Shown in pieces: positions 43,444-52,483 of a stretch of 53,541 nucleotides of DNA. The notes beneath the pieces were generated by a model. It saw only the letters and a list, made by a program, of their open reading frames with translations. It searched no databases and was not told the origin of the DNA. Position 1 is the stretch's first letter; each line of letters opens with the position of its first letter. The position numbers and the translations under genes are program-made. This stretch comes from a virus: the IMG/VR virus record IMGVR_UViG_3300022751_000003, positions 1 through 53,541 of that record. One strand, written 5' to 3'.

Positions 43444-43877
43444 AACCAATGTTGATATGTAACCATCCTACGTTCAATATATTGTGTTTGAGTAGCAATG
43501 TCAAGATCTACACTTGAAAAGAATTGGTAAGACTTAACAGTAAACCCAGATACTTGTATTCCCTCTTGTATCGCCGCCACAATTAATTCTTCAATGCCAT
43601 CGTTCTTTTCAGGTTTAGCGAAACCATTTTCCGAAACATAATTAATATCGATTGTGATAGTGCATAACCATTCGAATTTATTAGCCTCTAAAGGTGCGCC
43701 CGTCAGGTTTTTACTTTCCTCGGTAATGTTTTTAGTCTGACTTGATATAAGCACATACTGTTTAGGTACGGGCTTAATGTCTTTTGGTAACAACATCGCA
43801 TAAACCGGCAAATTAGTAGCGGTACGTAATTTATTTACGTATGCTGTTCTTAGTGGTTTATTAGGGTTAGTTACCAT
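43422..43877 (-). CDS. tail completion / terminator protein candidate
   Basis: 151 aa positioned between the gp10-like and tube genes, with a DUF3168-like N-terminus. Confidence 0.4.
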   Translation of the reverse strand: MVTNPNKPLRTAYVNKLRTATNLPVYAMLLPKDIKPVPKQYVLISSQTKNITEESKNLTGAPLEANKFEWLCTITIDINYVSENGFAKPEKNDGIEELIVAAIQEGIQVSGFTVKSYQFFSSVDLDIATQTQYIERRMVTYQHWLCQQQDV

Positions 43878-43892
43878 AGTGCTAAATTACGA

Positions 43893-44303
43893 TTATTTAC
43901 CAATCTTTTGCAACTCCGCTTCAACAGCCGGAACAATATCATTAACGTGCCTCATTACAGCAGGTGTAATGAATGGTTTTGGCGGCGTACGGCCTTTACC
44001 ACTAACAAAGAATTTCCGAGCTTCTTCAACCACTTCGGGGGGCTGAGTTGATAAGTATGCGGCAGCATGGTCACCTGTGCCATATTCGGCATAGGCTGCC
44101 AATTCACTACCCGCATCTATAATTGTGCTTTCCTGTGTTTGGCTTACTGTAATGCCGCTACTTAAACTCCCTGGTGCCGCTTGTCTTGCCTCTGCTGCAA
44201 TAATATCAGCCACTTTCTTTTCGCCTGCACGTTGCGCTTTTCTTACCTGCTCACGTAGTGTTGCAAGTTCTCTGTTTGCCTGTTCGTAGCCGCGTAAACT
44301 CAT
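43893..44303 (-). CDS. HK97 gp10-family head-tail protein
   Basis: Size, position and the ...IIAAEARQAAPGSLSSGI... pattern. Confidence 0.5.
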   Translation of the reverse strand: MSLRGYEQANRELATLREQVRKAQRAGEKKVADIIAAEARQAAPGSLSSGITVSQTQESTIIDAGSELAAYAEYGTGDHAAAYLSTQPPEVVEEARKFFVSGKGRTPPKPFITPAVMRHVNDIVPAVEAELQKIGK

Positions 44304-44653
44304 GTGCTTTTAATACAAAGTAATTTCCAATAATCAACTGGCTGGTTAAGTTCCACAATGGCCGCTATGGTGTACGTATTACCGTCGCATTTCAATACTT
44401 GCGGTTTATCAGGATATACCCAACTACGCGAACGTATCACATACCACCTATCCTCATTCAAATAAGAAGCCCCGGCCGCAATAGCCAATTGAGACCCTTC
44501 CCGAATATCCACCCTAACAGCAAACGTGCTAAAGAAACCTTCCTCCACAACATTAACACCCCCCGATTCATCCGGTTCGGATACCTGCTTATAAAAAGCA
44601 ACCCTATGCCGAAATTGTCCGGGGTCATATATTTTGCGCTTATATAATGCCAC
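44300..44653 (-). CDS. head closure / head-tail joining protein
   Basis: FRHRVAFYKQVSEPDESGG...FFSTFAVRVDIREGSQ resembles the phage head-closure family. Confidence 0.55.
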   Translation of the reverse strand: MALYKRKIYDPGQFRHRVAFYKQVSEPDESGGVNVVEEGFFSTFAVRVDIREGSQLAIAAGASYLNEDRWYVIRSRSWVYPDKPQVLKCDGNTYTIAAIVELNQPVDYWKLLCIKST

Positions 44654-45107
44654 GGCGGTACTGGTTTAATAGTAATTGAATATCGTTCGGCAACTGCGAG
44701 GCGTATGCATCACGGTTTTGGTATAAATACGTTATGATTTTATAACATGCATCGATTAGCGGGGCGGGTATTTCTGTGCGGTCGGTGTAGCCTATGGTTG
44801 CTGCGATTGTGGAATATGGCGCACACTCGACGTATGTTTTCAACGCTCCTTTTCTGACCTTGTACTCTACTTCGTTTCCGTCATTCGTAACGCCTGTAAT
44901 TTCTATCGGGAATGTTGACAGTGAATTTTCTCGGTTACAATTAGATGTTATTTCCACATCTCGCGCATACAATGTATAGCAAGTATACTGCTCAACTCTT
45001 GCAACCGAAGTTTGTATAAGCCGCATAATAAAGTCGTTCTGGTCTGGGAAGTCCACCACCAACGCCTGCTTTGCCTCTTCTAATGTTATAACATCAAGTG
45101 CTGTCAT
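44640..45107 (-). CDS. head-tail connector (gp6-like adaptor)
   Basis: N-terminus DVITLEEAKQALVVDFPDQNDFIMRLIQTSVARVEQYT is typical of gp6-like connectors. First gene after the capsid gene. Confidence 0.6.
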   Translation of the reverse strand: MTALDVITLEEAKQALVVDFPDQNDFIMRLIQTSVARVEQYTCYTLYARDVEITSNCNRENSLSTFPIEITGVTNDGNEVEYKVRKGALKTYVECAPYSTIAATIGYTDRTEIPAPLIDACYKIITYLYQNRDAYASQLPNDIQLLLNQYRRGII

Positions 45108-45134
45108 AGTGTAAATGTACTAACTATTGTGGGT

Positions 45135-45168
45135 AAAACAAAAGCCGCTACATTTCTGCAACGGCTTT
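45135..45168 (-). terminator. intrinsic terminator after the major capsid gene
   Basis: Minus-strand AAAGCCG-N14-CGGCUUU followed by UUGUUUU. Confidence 0.55.
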
Positions 45169-45194
45169 CTACAAAACTATATGAAAACTAACAA

Positions 45195-46490
45195 TTAGGT
45201 AGTAATAGTGAACAACAAACGTTTGAAAGATTCAGGGTAGAATATCGGCAAAGCGATACGGCCTTCAAGGCGTATAGTTATAATATTTTTCTCCACGTTA
45301 TCCTTGTTTTGATCAAAATAACCAATCTGCATCGATTTACGTTGGAAAATCGCAGTACCGCGGGCAAAGTCACCTACCAGACCTTCGTTATCGGTGAAAA
45401 CGTTAGACCAGAAGATAGGCACACCGCCGATACGCATTACTCCGTTAGCATCAAGCACGATCGGGTATGTGTACTCCTTAGTAGTGCTTTTGTTGATTAA
45501 AATTTCCTGCCATTGTACCGCAGAAATAACTACGGCAGAAGTGGCGCGTTTTAATTTACGAACCTCAGTAATACCTGCAACTATTTTATCGATGGTGTTT
45601 GAAGCGGCAGTAACAGTTCCCTGTGGGAAGGACTGGTTACCCGCTTGAGTCCATAAACCTAAAATGTTCTCGCCAGTGCCATTACCTTTGTAGATTTGCA
45701 AATCTTCGGCATCCATGTAAGCTTTTGGCAACTCGTAAGCAATCCAAGCGCGGAAACCTACAACGTCATCCATTAATTCATCAGGCACGTCAAGCAAACC
45801 GGCAATTTTGCGTACAGCAGCATCTTTAACGGTTGGAATATAACCGGTAGATGGTTTTTGTGCGCCTACAGCAACGGTAGCAAAACCAGTAGCTGAACCA
45901 TCAACCACATATTGAATGAAGCGAATAAGGTTACTTTGTGTAGGGAATACCGGGATGATCTGGCGTGCATGGAACTCGTCGTGACCAGGGCCAACAATCG
46001 GGGTAAATTCAGGGGCAACACCGTTTACTGGTACACCCAATGCTTTTACCGCTCCGTCAAAGTCTTTATCTTCGTCGTCGCCTAATTTAACCGAGAATGA
46101 CTTGTGCTGGCCGGTGAAAAATGCCTTAATCATTTTTTCGCCCTCTTCGGTAGATAGGCGTTCGATGATATGCTGGCTAAAGCCTTTCATGCGAATGTTA
46201 GCCTCGCCTATTTTAGCGCGCTTCATGGCGGCTTCAACCTCTTCTAATTTAGCTTTGTTGGCATCTGATAAATCGGCTAATGCCTTTTCATTTTGAGACT
46301 TCAAAGCGTCAATCAGTTTTTGATTTTCTGCTTTTAGTTCCTCCATTTGGGCATCAATCGATTCTTTTACCAATCGTTTTTGCTCGGCCTCTTTATAAGC
46401 CTCCAAATTAATTTCGTACTTTACTTGTTCTCTTTCCGAGAGAGCCTCGTACTGCTCTTTTGAGAGCACTTTAAAATCTTTTAAGTTCAT
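45195..46490 (-). CDS. major capsid protein, HK97 fold with N-terminal coiled-coil (delta-like) domain
   Basis: 431 aa with about 100 aa of E/K-rich coiled coil at the N-terminus. Follows the prohead protease. Confidence 0.85.
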   Translation of the reverse strand: MNLKDFKVLSKEQYEALSEREQVKYEINLEAYKEAEQKRLVKESIDAQMEELKAENQKLIDALKSQNEKALADLSDANKAKLEEVEAAMKRAKIGEANIRMKGFSQHIIERLSTEEGEKMIKAFFTGQHKSFSVKLGDDEDKDFDGAVKALGVPVNGVAPEFTPIVGPGHDEFHARQIIPVFPTQSNLIRFIQYVVDGSATGFATVAVGAQKPSTGYIPTVKDAAVRKIAGLLDVPDELMDDVVGFRAWIAYELPKAYMDAEDLQIYKGNGTGENILGLWTQAGNQSFPQGTVTAASNTIDKIVAGITEVRKLKRATSAVVISAVQWQEILINKSTTKEYTYPIVLDANGVMRIGGVPIFWSNVFTDNEGLVGDFARGTAIFQRKSMQIGYFDQNKDNVEKNIITIRLEGRIALPIFYPESFKRLLFTITT

Positions 46491-46492
46491 TT

Positions 46493-47335
46493 TTAGTGAA
46501 TTAGTGAGTAATAATTTGATTTTTTAGTAGAACTGCTCTCTGCGGGTTCTGACTTATTTTCATCAGAAGTGGATTTATCTTCCGGCTTCCGGTTCAATAC
46601 ATTTCCTGTTACGGGGTTACTTCCGTATACAACTAAGCTGCTTTCCCGTACGTTTTTAGCCTCTTTTATAGGGAAAAAGTAAGGGATATATTCAAAGTCT
46701 TCCTTATTAGCTACTTGACCAATGTAGTCATCGTAGTTTTTCTTTAATTCTTTGTCGGCTGGATCGTTGCTATCCATTGCGAAAAGAACGTTTACATATA
46801 GCATTCTTACTGATGCCTGTATTTCGTCGCCACTTTCAAGCCACTGCTTAGCTTTATCATGGATTACTTTATCCTTTGGCACCTTGTAAATCAATGCCTC
46901 CGTTTCGCCTTCGTATGATTTCCCAAGCATTGCAAACGGCAGCTTAACTACCATTATTTGTACGTACTCTTTTTTTACAATAACGTCAGCAATTTTTAAT
47001 TCGTGGTCAGCAACCAAATAATTTTGACCTTGTTGCTCTTTTGCCGACTTATTCCAAATCCCCTCAACGTGTAAATCCTCGTGGCTGTCAAGTATTTTAG
47101 TAGTGTTGACAACTATGTAGTAATAGTTATCATCTGCCTCGATTGCTTTATTTACATCATGAAGTTTAGAAGCAGACAAAGCGCGACATGTTACCGCAGC
47201 CCCTTTTTCATAGCTTTTTTGTATGTCGCCTTTCTTAAATGATATGAAGTCCTGATAATTCTTTCTAAACTCAGCAAAAAGTTCTTCCTTGCTGGCAAAT
47301 TCTTTATCAGGAAAATAAGCGGTTTTCAATATCAT
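46493..47335 (-). CDS. prohead serine protease (HK97 / S78-like)
   Basis: LDSHEDLHVEGIW, IQASVRMLYVNV and ESSLVVYGSNPVTG resemble the S78 conserved blocks. Lies between portal and capsid. Confidence 0.65.
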   Translation of the reverse strand: MILKTAYFPDKEFASKEELFAEFRKNYQDFISFKKGDIQKSYEKGAAVTCRALSASKLHDVNKAIEADDNYYYIVVNTTKILDSHEDLHVEGIWNKSAKEQQGQNYLVADHELKIADVIVKKEYVQIMVVKLPFAMLGKSYEGETEALIYKVPKDKVIHDKAKQWLESGDEIQASVRMLYVNVLFAMDSNDPADKELKKNYDDYIGQVANKEDFEYIPYFFPIKEAKNVRESSLVVYGSNPVTGNVLNRKPEDKSTSDENKSEPAESSSTKKSNYYSLIH

Positions 47336-47454
47336 TTTTTAACTTCTTTCTGATGACCTTTTAGCTTTTCGTTTATTGCCTTACGTGCTTTTTCAGGCAA
47401 TGGTTTACTTTGCAATTCCTTCAACTTCTCGAAATCCTTGTTTTTATCTTGCAT
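47332..47454 (-). CDS. hypothetical small basic protein (40 aa)
   Basis: Hand-read ORF MQDKNKDFEKLKELQSKPLPEKARKAINEKLK... with an ATGA overlap to the protease start. Confidence 0.3.
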   Translation of the reverse strand: MQDKNKDFEKLKELQSKPLPEKARKAINEKLKGHQKEVKK

Positions 47455-47535
47455 GGTGGTGTAAAAATAAACTATCGGATTACAATAGTTCGGGTTCGAT
47501 TTGTTTTTGCGAATTATAATGAGTTATTTTGAAGC

Positions 47536-47715
47536 ATGAATCACTGGGATGTTATTATGGATGTGTTAAAGCAGGTCGAGCAAGTTCAATACCAATCACC
47601 ATGGTCAATAATTGTACTTAACCCCAAGGACAGAAAAATGATACACGTAAATAAAGTTTCGATTAAGGTCTTGGAATTAATCAAATATAATAGGAAACAC
47701 AAATATGGCAAGTAA
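47536..47715 (+). CDS. hypothetical small protein (59 aa), first gene of the plus-strand island
   Basis: Hand-read ORF MNHWDVIMDVLKQVEQVQYQ... Confidence 0.35.
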   Translation: MNHWDVIMDVLKQVEQVQYQSPWSIIVLNPKDRKMIHVNKVSIKVLELIKYNRKHKYGK

Positions 47716-47878
47716 ATACAAATACCCCCTAAAGCCAAAGATTCAGTTCTATCCTGATGAATTAACGCTAAAGAAATTCAAGCAGCTATGTAAAGTTGAC
47801 AATAGATCGCAAAGTAGCATGGCCAATCATATAATTTATCAGGCTGTTAAAGATGTAAAATTGGAGGATGGGCAATGA
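47705..47878 (+). CDS. ribbon-helix-helix-like protein (57 aa)
   Basis: Hand-read ORF ...IQFYPDELTLKKFKQLCKVDNRSQSSMANHIIYQAVKDV, with the same layout as the RHH at 15654. Confidence 0.4.
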   Translation: MASKYKYPLKPKIQFYPDELTLKKFKQLCKVDNRSQSSMANHIIYQAVKDVKLEDGQ

Positions 47879-48171
47879 GAGACACAGAAAGGATAAATAA
47901 ATACATAAGCTCATCTGAAAAGAACCGTTGTAATATAAATGGGTGTGACCTGTTTTTGAGTAAATCGCCTAAAGAATGGATTGCTATATTTTCATCTTCT
48001 TGGGTTAATAAAAAACTCAGGAAAAAACTTTATACACTTTATCAGTTAGAAATATTACCCATTAAGAGGGCTGTTTTCATTGGCCTGTATGATAATGAGC
48101 CGTGGCTGAAAGACTTTAAATTAGAGCTTGCGAAACAATATTTAGATGCCGAAGATAGGGCGATATTATGA
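47875..48171 (+). CDS. hypothetical protein (98 aa)
   Basis: ORF with an ATGA overlap. Confidence 0.5.
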   Translation: MRDTERINKYISSSEKNRCNINGCDLFLSKSPKEWIAIFSSSWVNKKLRKKLYTLYQLEILPIKRAVFIGLYDNEPWLKDFKLELAKQYLDAEDRAIL

Positions 48172-48180
48172 GGAGGGGCA

Positions 48181-48648
48181 ATGAAATATTCTAAACAATT
48201 TGAAGAAACATATAATTTCTATTTAAGAAATATTAATGTTTTTGTTTTTTGCGGAACACTTAATCCTAAACATGAAGCAATATACTCTAAGCAAGGACTG
48301 TCAGCGAAAGAATGCTTCTATTGTATAGAGAGCAATGGAGTTAATAAGCCTTGTTGCGAACCTGAATTATTAAACTCGCTTTTACTTTGTAAGGCAAGCG
48401 TTAACTTCCAAATAAAACAGTGGGCAGAAAGTAGAGCTGAGGGTACTCTCCCATTGGCTGAATTTTCAAAAACGGAGTGTATTTCAAAAAACACAAATAT
48501 TACCAAAGAAGATTTGAATCCCATATATGTTATTGATTGGCAATTTGGAGAACCTGTAAAGTATTCTGATATACAAACGCAGTATAATTTGCCGAGTTGG
48601 GTAATATCTGCTGTAGAAAAACAAAAATATAAGTTTTATAAAATATGA
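48181..48648 (+). CDS. hypothetical protein (155 aa, Cys-containing)
   Basis: ORF with an ATGA overlap to the glycosyltransferase gene. Confidence 0.5.
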   Translation: MKYSKQFEETYNFYLRNINVFVFCGTLNPKHEAIYSKQGLSAKECFYCIESNGVNKPCCEPELLNSLLLCKASVNFQIKQWAESRAEGTLPLAEFSKTECISKNTNITKEDLNPIYVIDWQFGEPVKYSDIQTQYNLPSWVISAVEKQKYKFYKI

Positions 48649-49958
48649 AAATAGGAATCGCCTACACCGTACACGACCGCCACCCACAGGCGAAAAAAGC
48701 AATTGCCAACGCAAAGAAATTTTTACCCCCTAACGCATTTCTGGTAATCGTCGACGATGCAAGCAAAACACCCTACCCCGGCGCAACATACAGATTTGAA
48801 AAGAATGTAGGCATAGCAGTTGCTAAGAACAAATGTCTTGAACTTCTGACAAATGCAGGATGCACTGATATATTTCTTTTTGATGATGATACATGGCCGA
48901 AAGTGGATAAATGGTGGGAGCCATACGTAAACTCACCGGAGCAACATCTGATGTTCACGTTTTCAGAATTGAAAGACGGCAGGCAAAACGGCAACCGGAT
49001 AGTTGTATCTACTGGTGAATTGGTAGAGCTGCAAAACCCGTGCGGCTGTATGTTGTACGTAACTAAGTCAGTGCTTGACGTTGTTGGCGGCTTCGATACC
49101 CGTTTTGTAAAATATGCTCACGAGCATGTCGAATGGAGCAACCGCATACACAACGCCGGATTAACTAAGTTCAGATTCCAGGACGTTCCAAACTCTATCA
49201 ACCTATTCCACTCTATGGACTGGGCTTGTGAAACGCTATCATCAGTACTTGAAAAACGGGAGGTGTATATTGCAGTTAACTACGCCCACCTGTCACGCGT
49301 AAGGGATAGTAAGGAGTTTATACCATACAAGACAATGAAACACTATGTGGCTACGTGTGCTATAACTTCTTTGTTAGATCCGCAACATGGAAATCGGCGA
49401 AGCGAGGTTGATACACGTGAGTGGCAGGAAAGTATATCACAAAATAGCGACGCGGTAAGCGTAGTGATTTCAGATTCAGACATTGCCCCAAAACACATCA
49501 ACCCATACTTTGCCAGGTGGTTTTATTACCGTGATTTCGTTTCGACGCTCGATGCTTGCTCATTCGTTTGGCTGACGGACGGTACAGATGTTACAATGTT
49601 ACGCAATCCGTTCCCGCATATGAAATTCGGAACCATGTATGTTGGGGATGAACGGGGCAGCACATTGCAAAGCGAATGGTTAAGTAAATATCACTATCAT
49701 GATTTCTACGCTGGGATGTTTTCAACTCCGTTGCCGTTGCTTAACGCGGGTATATGCGGTGGCGACAGAAATACTGTCTTAGAATTTTGCGAAATAATGT
49801 GCCAACGAGCCGGTCTGGAGAACCAATTAACCGATATGGCTATGTTTAATTACACGGCCTATATCGATTTTAAAGGAAGGTTTTTACATGGGGAACGGGT
49901 TAATACTGATTTCAAGGCGTATGTGGATAACCGTATTGCTTGGTTTATGCATAAATGA
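48645..49958 (+). CDS. two-module glycosyltransferase (N-terminal GT2/GT-A, plus a second nucleotide-sugar-transferase-like C-terminal half)
   Basis: LVIVDDAS, GIAVAKNKC, IFLFDDDTWP, CGCMLYVTKSVLDVVGGFDTRF are GT2 blocks. The C-terminal half carries VWLTDGTDVTMLRNPFP. Confidence 0.7.
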   Translation: MKIGIAYTVHDRHPQAKKAIANAKKFLPPNAFLVIVDDASKTPYPGATYRFEKNVGIAVAKNKCLELLTNAGCTDIFLFDDDTWPKVDKWWEPYVNSPEQHLMFTFSELKDGRQNGNRIVVSTGELVELQNPCGCMLYVTKSVLDVVGGFDTRFVKYAHEHVEWSNRIHNAGLTKFRFQDVPNSINLFHSMDWACETLSSVLEKREVYIAVNYAHLSRVRDSKEFIPYKTMKHYVATCAITSLLDPQHGNRRSEVDTREWQESISQNSDAVSVVISDSDIAPKHINPYFARWFYYRDFVSTLDACSFVWLTDGTDVTMLRNPFPHMKFGTMYVGDERGSTLQSEWLSKYHYHDFYAGMFSTPLPLLNAGICGGDRNTVLEFCEIMCQRAGLENQLTDMAMFNYTAYIDFKGRFLHGERVNTDFKAYVDNRIAWFMHK

Positions 49959-50503
49959 TTATGAAGATTCATTATATACAGCCGTATAGCACATCAAAAA
50001 ATCTTGGCGGTGCTATAAACGAAGCCATTGCCCAACTTTGTGCAGAACCCGAAGATTGGATTGTTCTAACAGACCATGATGTACTATGGTTACTGCCAAA
50101 CAGTAAAGCGCAAGTTGAAGAAATATTAACCGAAACTAACTTTGATATTTTAGGAGCAGTAACAAACCGTTTAGCAATGACGCACCAGCTACATCAGGGC
50201 ATGTTTGATGTTTACGATATTCGGCATCATATTGAGGTGGCTAAGTCACGTCAGGATATGTGCGCAAACCATGTTCAGGAATGCGACAATATACTTGCTG
50301 CATTTTGCTTATGCTTTAGGGTCTCAACCTGGAATAAATTAGGCCGATTTGAGGAAAACTCTATCCAGTTTGATACGATGTTTAGTTACAAGGCTCAACG
50401 TATGGGCATGAAATTGGGATTGATGCTGGGAGTATATTTGTATCATCTGTATAGGACGGGGAGTGATAACCCGACTAAGGATATTAAACACTTGCTCCCG
50501 TAG
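49955..50503 (+). CDS. GT-A-fold glycosyltransferase (182 aa)
   Basis: KNLGGAINEAI, WIVLTDHDVLW (DxD-like), CLCFRVSTWNKLGRFEE, YLYHLYR. Confidence 0.55.
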   Translation: MIMKIHYIQPYSTSKNLGGAINEAIAQLCAEPEDWIVLTDHDVLWLLPNSKAQVEEILTETNFDILGAVTNRLAMTHQLHQGMFDVYDIRHHIEVAKSRQDMCANHVQECDNILAAFCLCFRVSTWNKLGRFEENSIQFDTMFSYKAQRMGMKLGLMLGVYLYHLYRTGSDNPTKDIKHLLP

Positions 50504-51869
50504 CACTACCGGCACCGTTATTCGTAGCGGTGCCTTCATAAACACTTTTAAGGGTAACTAAGCCCGATTCTACATAATGCTCATTCATATACGCCTCTGA
50601 CTTCTCCCCGTACTTCAGCACAACACGCATTTCATTATAAGTCAACACTCCTTTAGGCAGCGCACTCAAATAAGAGGCAACATCTTTCATGTTAACAGCC
50701 ATTTCAGGCAGTTGTGTGTAGTCTAACTCAATAGCATCGATTCCATATCCCTCGGCTAACAACGCGGTCAAGTTTTCCCCGAACACATCACACACCGGTG
50801 CAACCGCATCATAAATAGCCTGCTTAACAGCTGTTTGCTGGTTATTACTTGTTGATGCTTTTTGGTTATGGAATTGTAGCGGCCAATGATATGCTCTGTA
50901 AATATCCTCGGCATTGGCTGACAACATTTCCAACAGCTTCAAATCGCCAACAGACAAACCGATACTCAGCCAGTCCAGCGGAACAGACACGGGGAATATA
51001 CGCGCCATTTCGTCGTTTGACTTGCGCGATTCATCCAGCTTTTCTTTCAGTCCCCTACGCTGATCGTCGTCGAACTGGTCTTCTTTATTCTTTGGCGTAA
51101 GTATTCCAAACTCACCACCGTTTTTAAGTTGCTTACTGGCCTGTATTTGGCCTTCTTTGATACCTCGCAATGATTCTAAGTAAGCACGTAATGCAGATAC
51201 CCCGTACAGGTACTGCATAGTATTATCAACTGGCGCAGGTGTACCCGTCTTAACGTGCTGTATTTCTTCTTTCTCAAACGATTTTCGCGTGTTATCAAGC
51301 AGGGTGTAGCCACGTATTGGGTCAAGTAAATCAGTAGGGTCTACTTTAATCTCCATATTAGGAAAACAGAATACCTCCTTTGCTTTCTTACCACTTCGCG
51401 TTGGGTGCAGGTATGTATTGCCCCCAATCAGGAAAGACAATACCGAACTTGCAAGCATTTGCGAACCGCTTTGATAAGGATTCGCTTTACCGGTTGTAAG
51501 CATCTTTCTAAGATCATCAATATCAACCTCCTCAATTGCCTGGGCTTTTAAAATGTAGGCTTGTATCGGGTCTTGCTTTTGAATTGCTTTGGAGCGTTGC
51601 AACTTACCCTTATCCTTAATCTTGTAAAAGATTATAGGGCAATTAAGCACTTTGTTTTTTATGGAATCGGTAACCTCGTAAACCGCGCCAACAGTTTTAA
51701 AGAAGTTGTAGTAGTTAGCATCGTCGAAGTTTATCGCTGGTAATGCGTTATTTAGTTGTGAGTTAAGCAAAGCCACATTATCAGCCATCATTAGCGCAGC
51801 CTTTTGTGCAATAGCTTTATCCGCCTTTTCATTAATGACTTTACCGAATACAAAATCTACTAATCCCAT
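50484..51869 (-). CDS. portal protein (HK97-family type)
   Basis: 461 aa upstream of the protease and capsid genes. Blocks GGNTYLHP, YGVSALRAYLES, LKLLEMLSANAEDIYRAYHWP resemble Phage_portal. Confidence 0.8.
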   Translation of the reverse strand: MGLVDFVFGKVINEKADKAIAQKAALMMADNVALLNSQLNNALPAINFDDANYYNFFKTVGAVYEVTDSIKNKVLNCPIIFYKIKDKGKLQRSKAIQKQDPIQAYILKAQAIEEVDIDDLRKMLTTGKANPYQSGSQMLASSVLSFLIGGNTYLHPTRSGKKAKEVFCFPNMEIKVDPTDLLDPIRGYTLLDNTRKSFEKEEIQHVKTGTPAPVDNTMQYLYGVSALRAYLESLRGIKEGQIQASKQLKNGGEFGILTPKNKEDQFDDDQRRGLKEKLDESRKSNDEMARIFPVSVPLDWLSIGLSVGDLKLLEMLSANAEDIYRAYHWPLQFHNQKASTSNNQQTAVKQAIYDAVAPVCDVFGENLTALLAEGYGIDAIELDYTQLPEMAVNMKDVASYLSALPKGVLTYNEMRVVLKYGEKSEAYMNEHYVESGLVTLKSVYEGTATNNGAGSATGASV

Positions 51870-51874
51870 GCTAA

Positions 51875-51882
51875 CAAATGTA
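51875..51882 (-). promoter_or_regulatory. candidate -7 box (TACATTTG) just upstream of the portal ATG
   Basis: Minus strand TACATTTGTTAGCATG, nearly identical to 15642..15656. Confidence 0.35.
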
Positions 51883-51899
51883 TGAAATTACTTTACAAA

Positions 51900-51934
51900 T
51901 AAAAATATCCCCTTTGCATCGCGCATCGGGGATA
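51900..51934 (-). terminator. intrinsic terminator upstream of the portal gene
   Basis: Minus-strand UAUCCCC-N15-GGGGAUA followed by UUUUUAUUU. Confidence 0.5.
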
Positions 51935-51956
51935 ACTACAAAACTTAGAGATAAAT

Positions 51957-52253
51957 TTAATCATCGTAAGCCCACCGGTTACTATTAAAGTGAGGTAGGC
52001 AACTTATTACAGCCAGAGCATCGTTTATATTGTAACACATAAAATCATCTTCGAAAATATCAGCAACAATACCATCTGGTAGTTTGACTTTACTCCAATC
52101 TGGAAAGCAATAATCGTTATCATCAACTATAACACCAATAGTCCACCCACCTTCACGACCTGTTGAATAATATTTAATTGGTTCAAAATCGATTGTGCCG
52201 GGCGTGTAGCCTTTTGCCATTAATGTATTACGTATTCTGTCTTTATTTTTCAT
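51957..52253 (-). CDS. hypothetical protein (98 aa)
   Basis: ORF in a same-strand tiling. Confidence 0.5.
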   Translation of the reverse strand: MKNKDRIRNTLMAKGYTPGTIDFEPIKYYSTGREGGWTIGVIVDDNDYCFPDWSKVKLPDGIVADIFEDDFMCYNINDALAVISCLPHFNSNRWAYDD

Positions 52254-52259
52254 GAGATG

Positions 52260-52409
52260 CTACTCTTCTTCAAAATCTAACAATAAAACATACTTACTGT
52301 ATTCAGTTATATTAATTTCGCCTACTGAATCTCTTGTTAAAATTACATTTTTTGATTTGTCCTGTATTTTCAGGAGTTTATCGATAAATTCCTCTACTGT
52401 CATGTTCAT
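52260..52409 (-). CDS. hypothetical small protein (49 aa), paralog of 289..420
   Basis: Hand-read ORF MNMTVEEFIDKLLKIQDKSKNVILTRDSVGEINITEYSKYVLLLDFEEE. Confidence 0.35.
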   Translation of the reverse strand: MNMTVEEFIDKLLKIQDKSKNVILTRDSVGEINITEYSKYVLLLDFEEE

Positions 52410-52483
52410 TTTTTAGTTATTCCTTTCCAAATCAAGCCGCCAAGTCTCGCACCCGGCGGCTTTAACCTAAACCTATCACAATG

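Noticed and set aside
47455-47535. GGGTTCGATTT string resembling a tRNA T-loop
   Set aside because: The flanking bases do not form a T-stem, and no acceptor or anticodon arm can be drawn. It is more likely part of the divergent promoter spacer.
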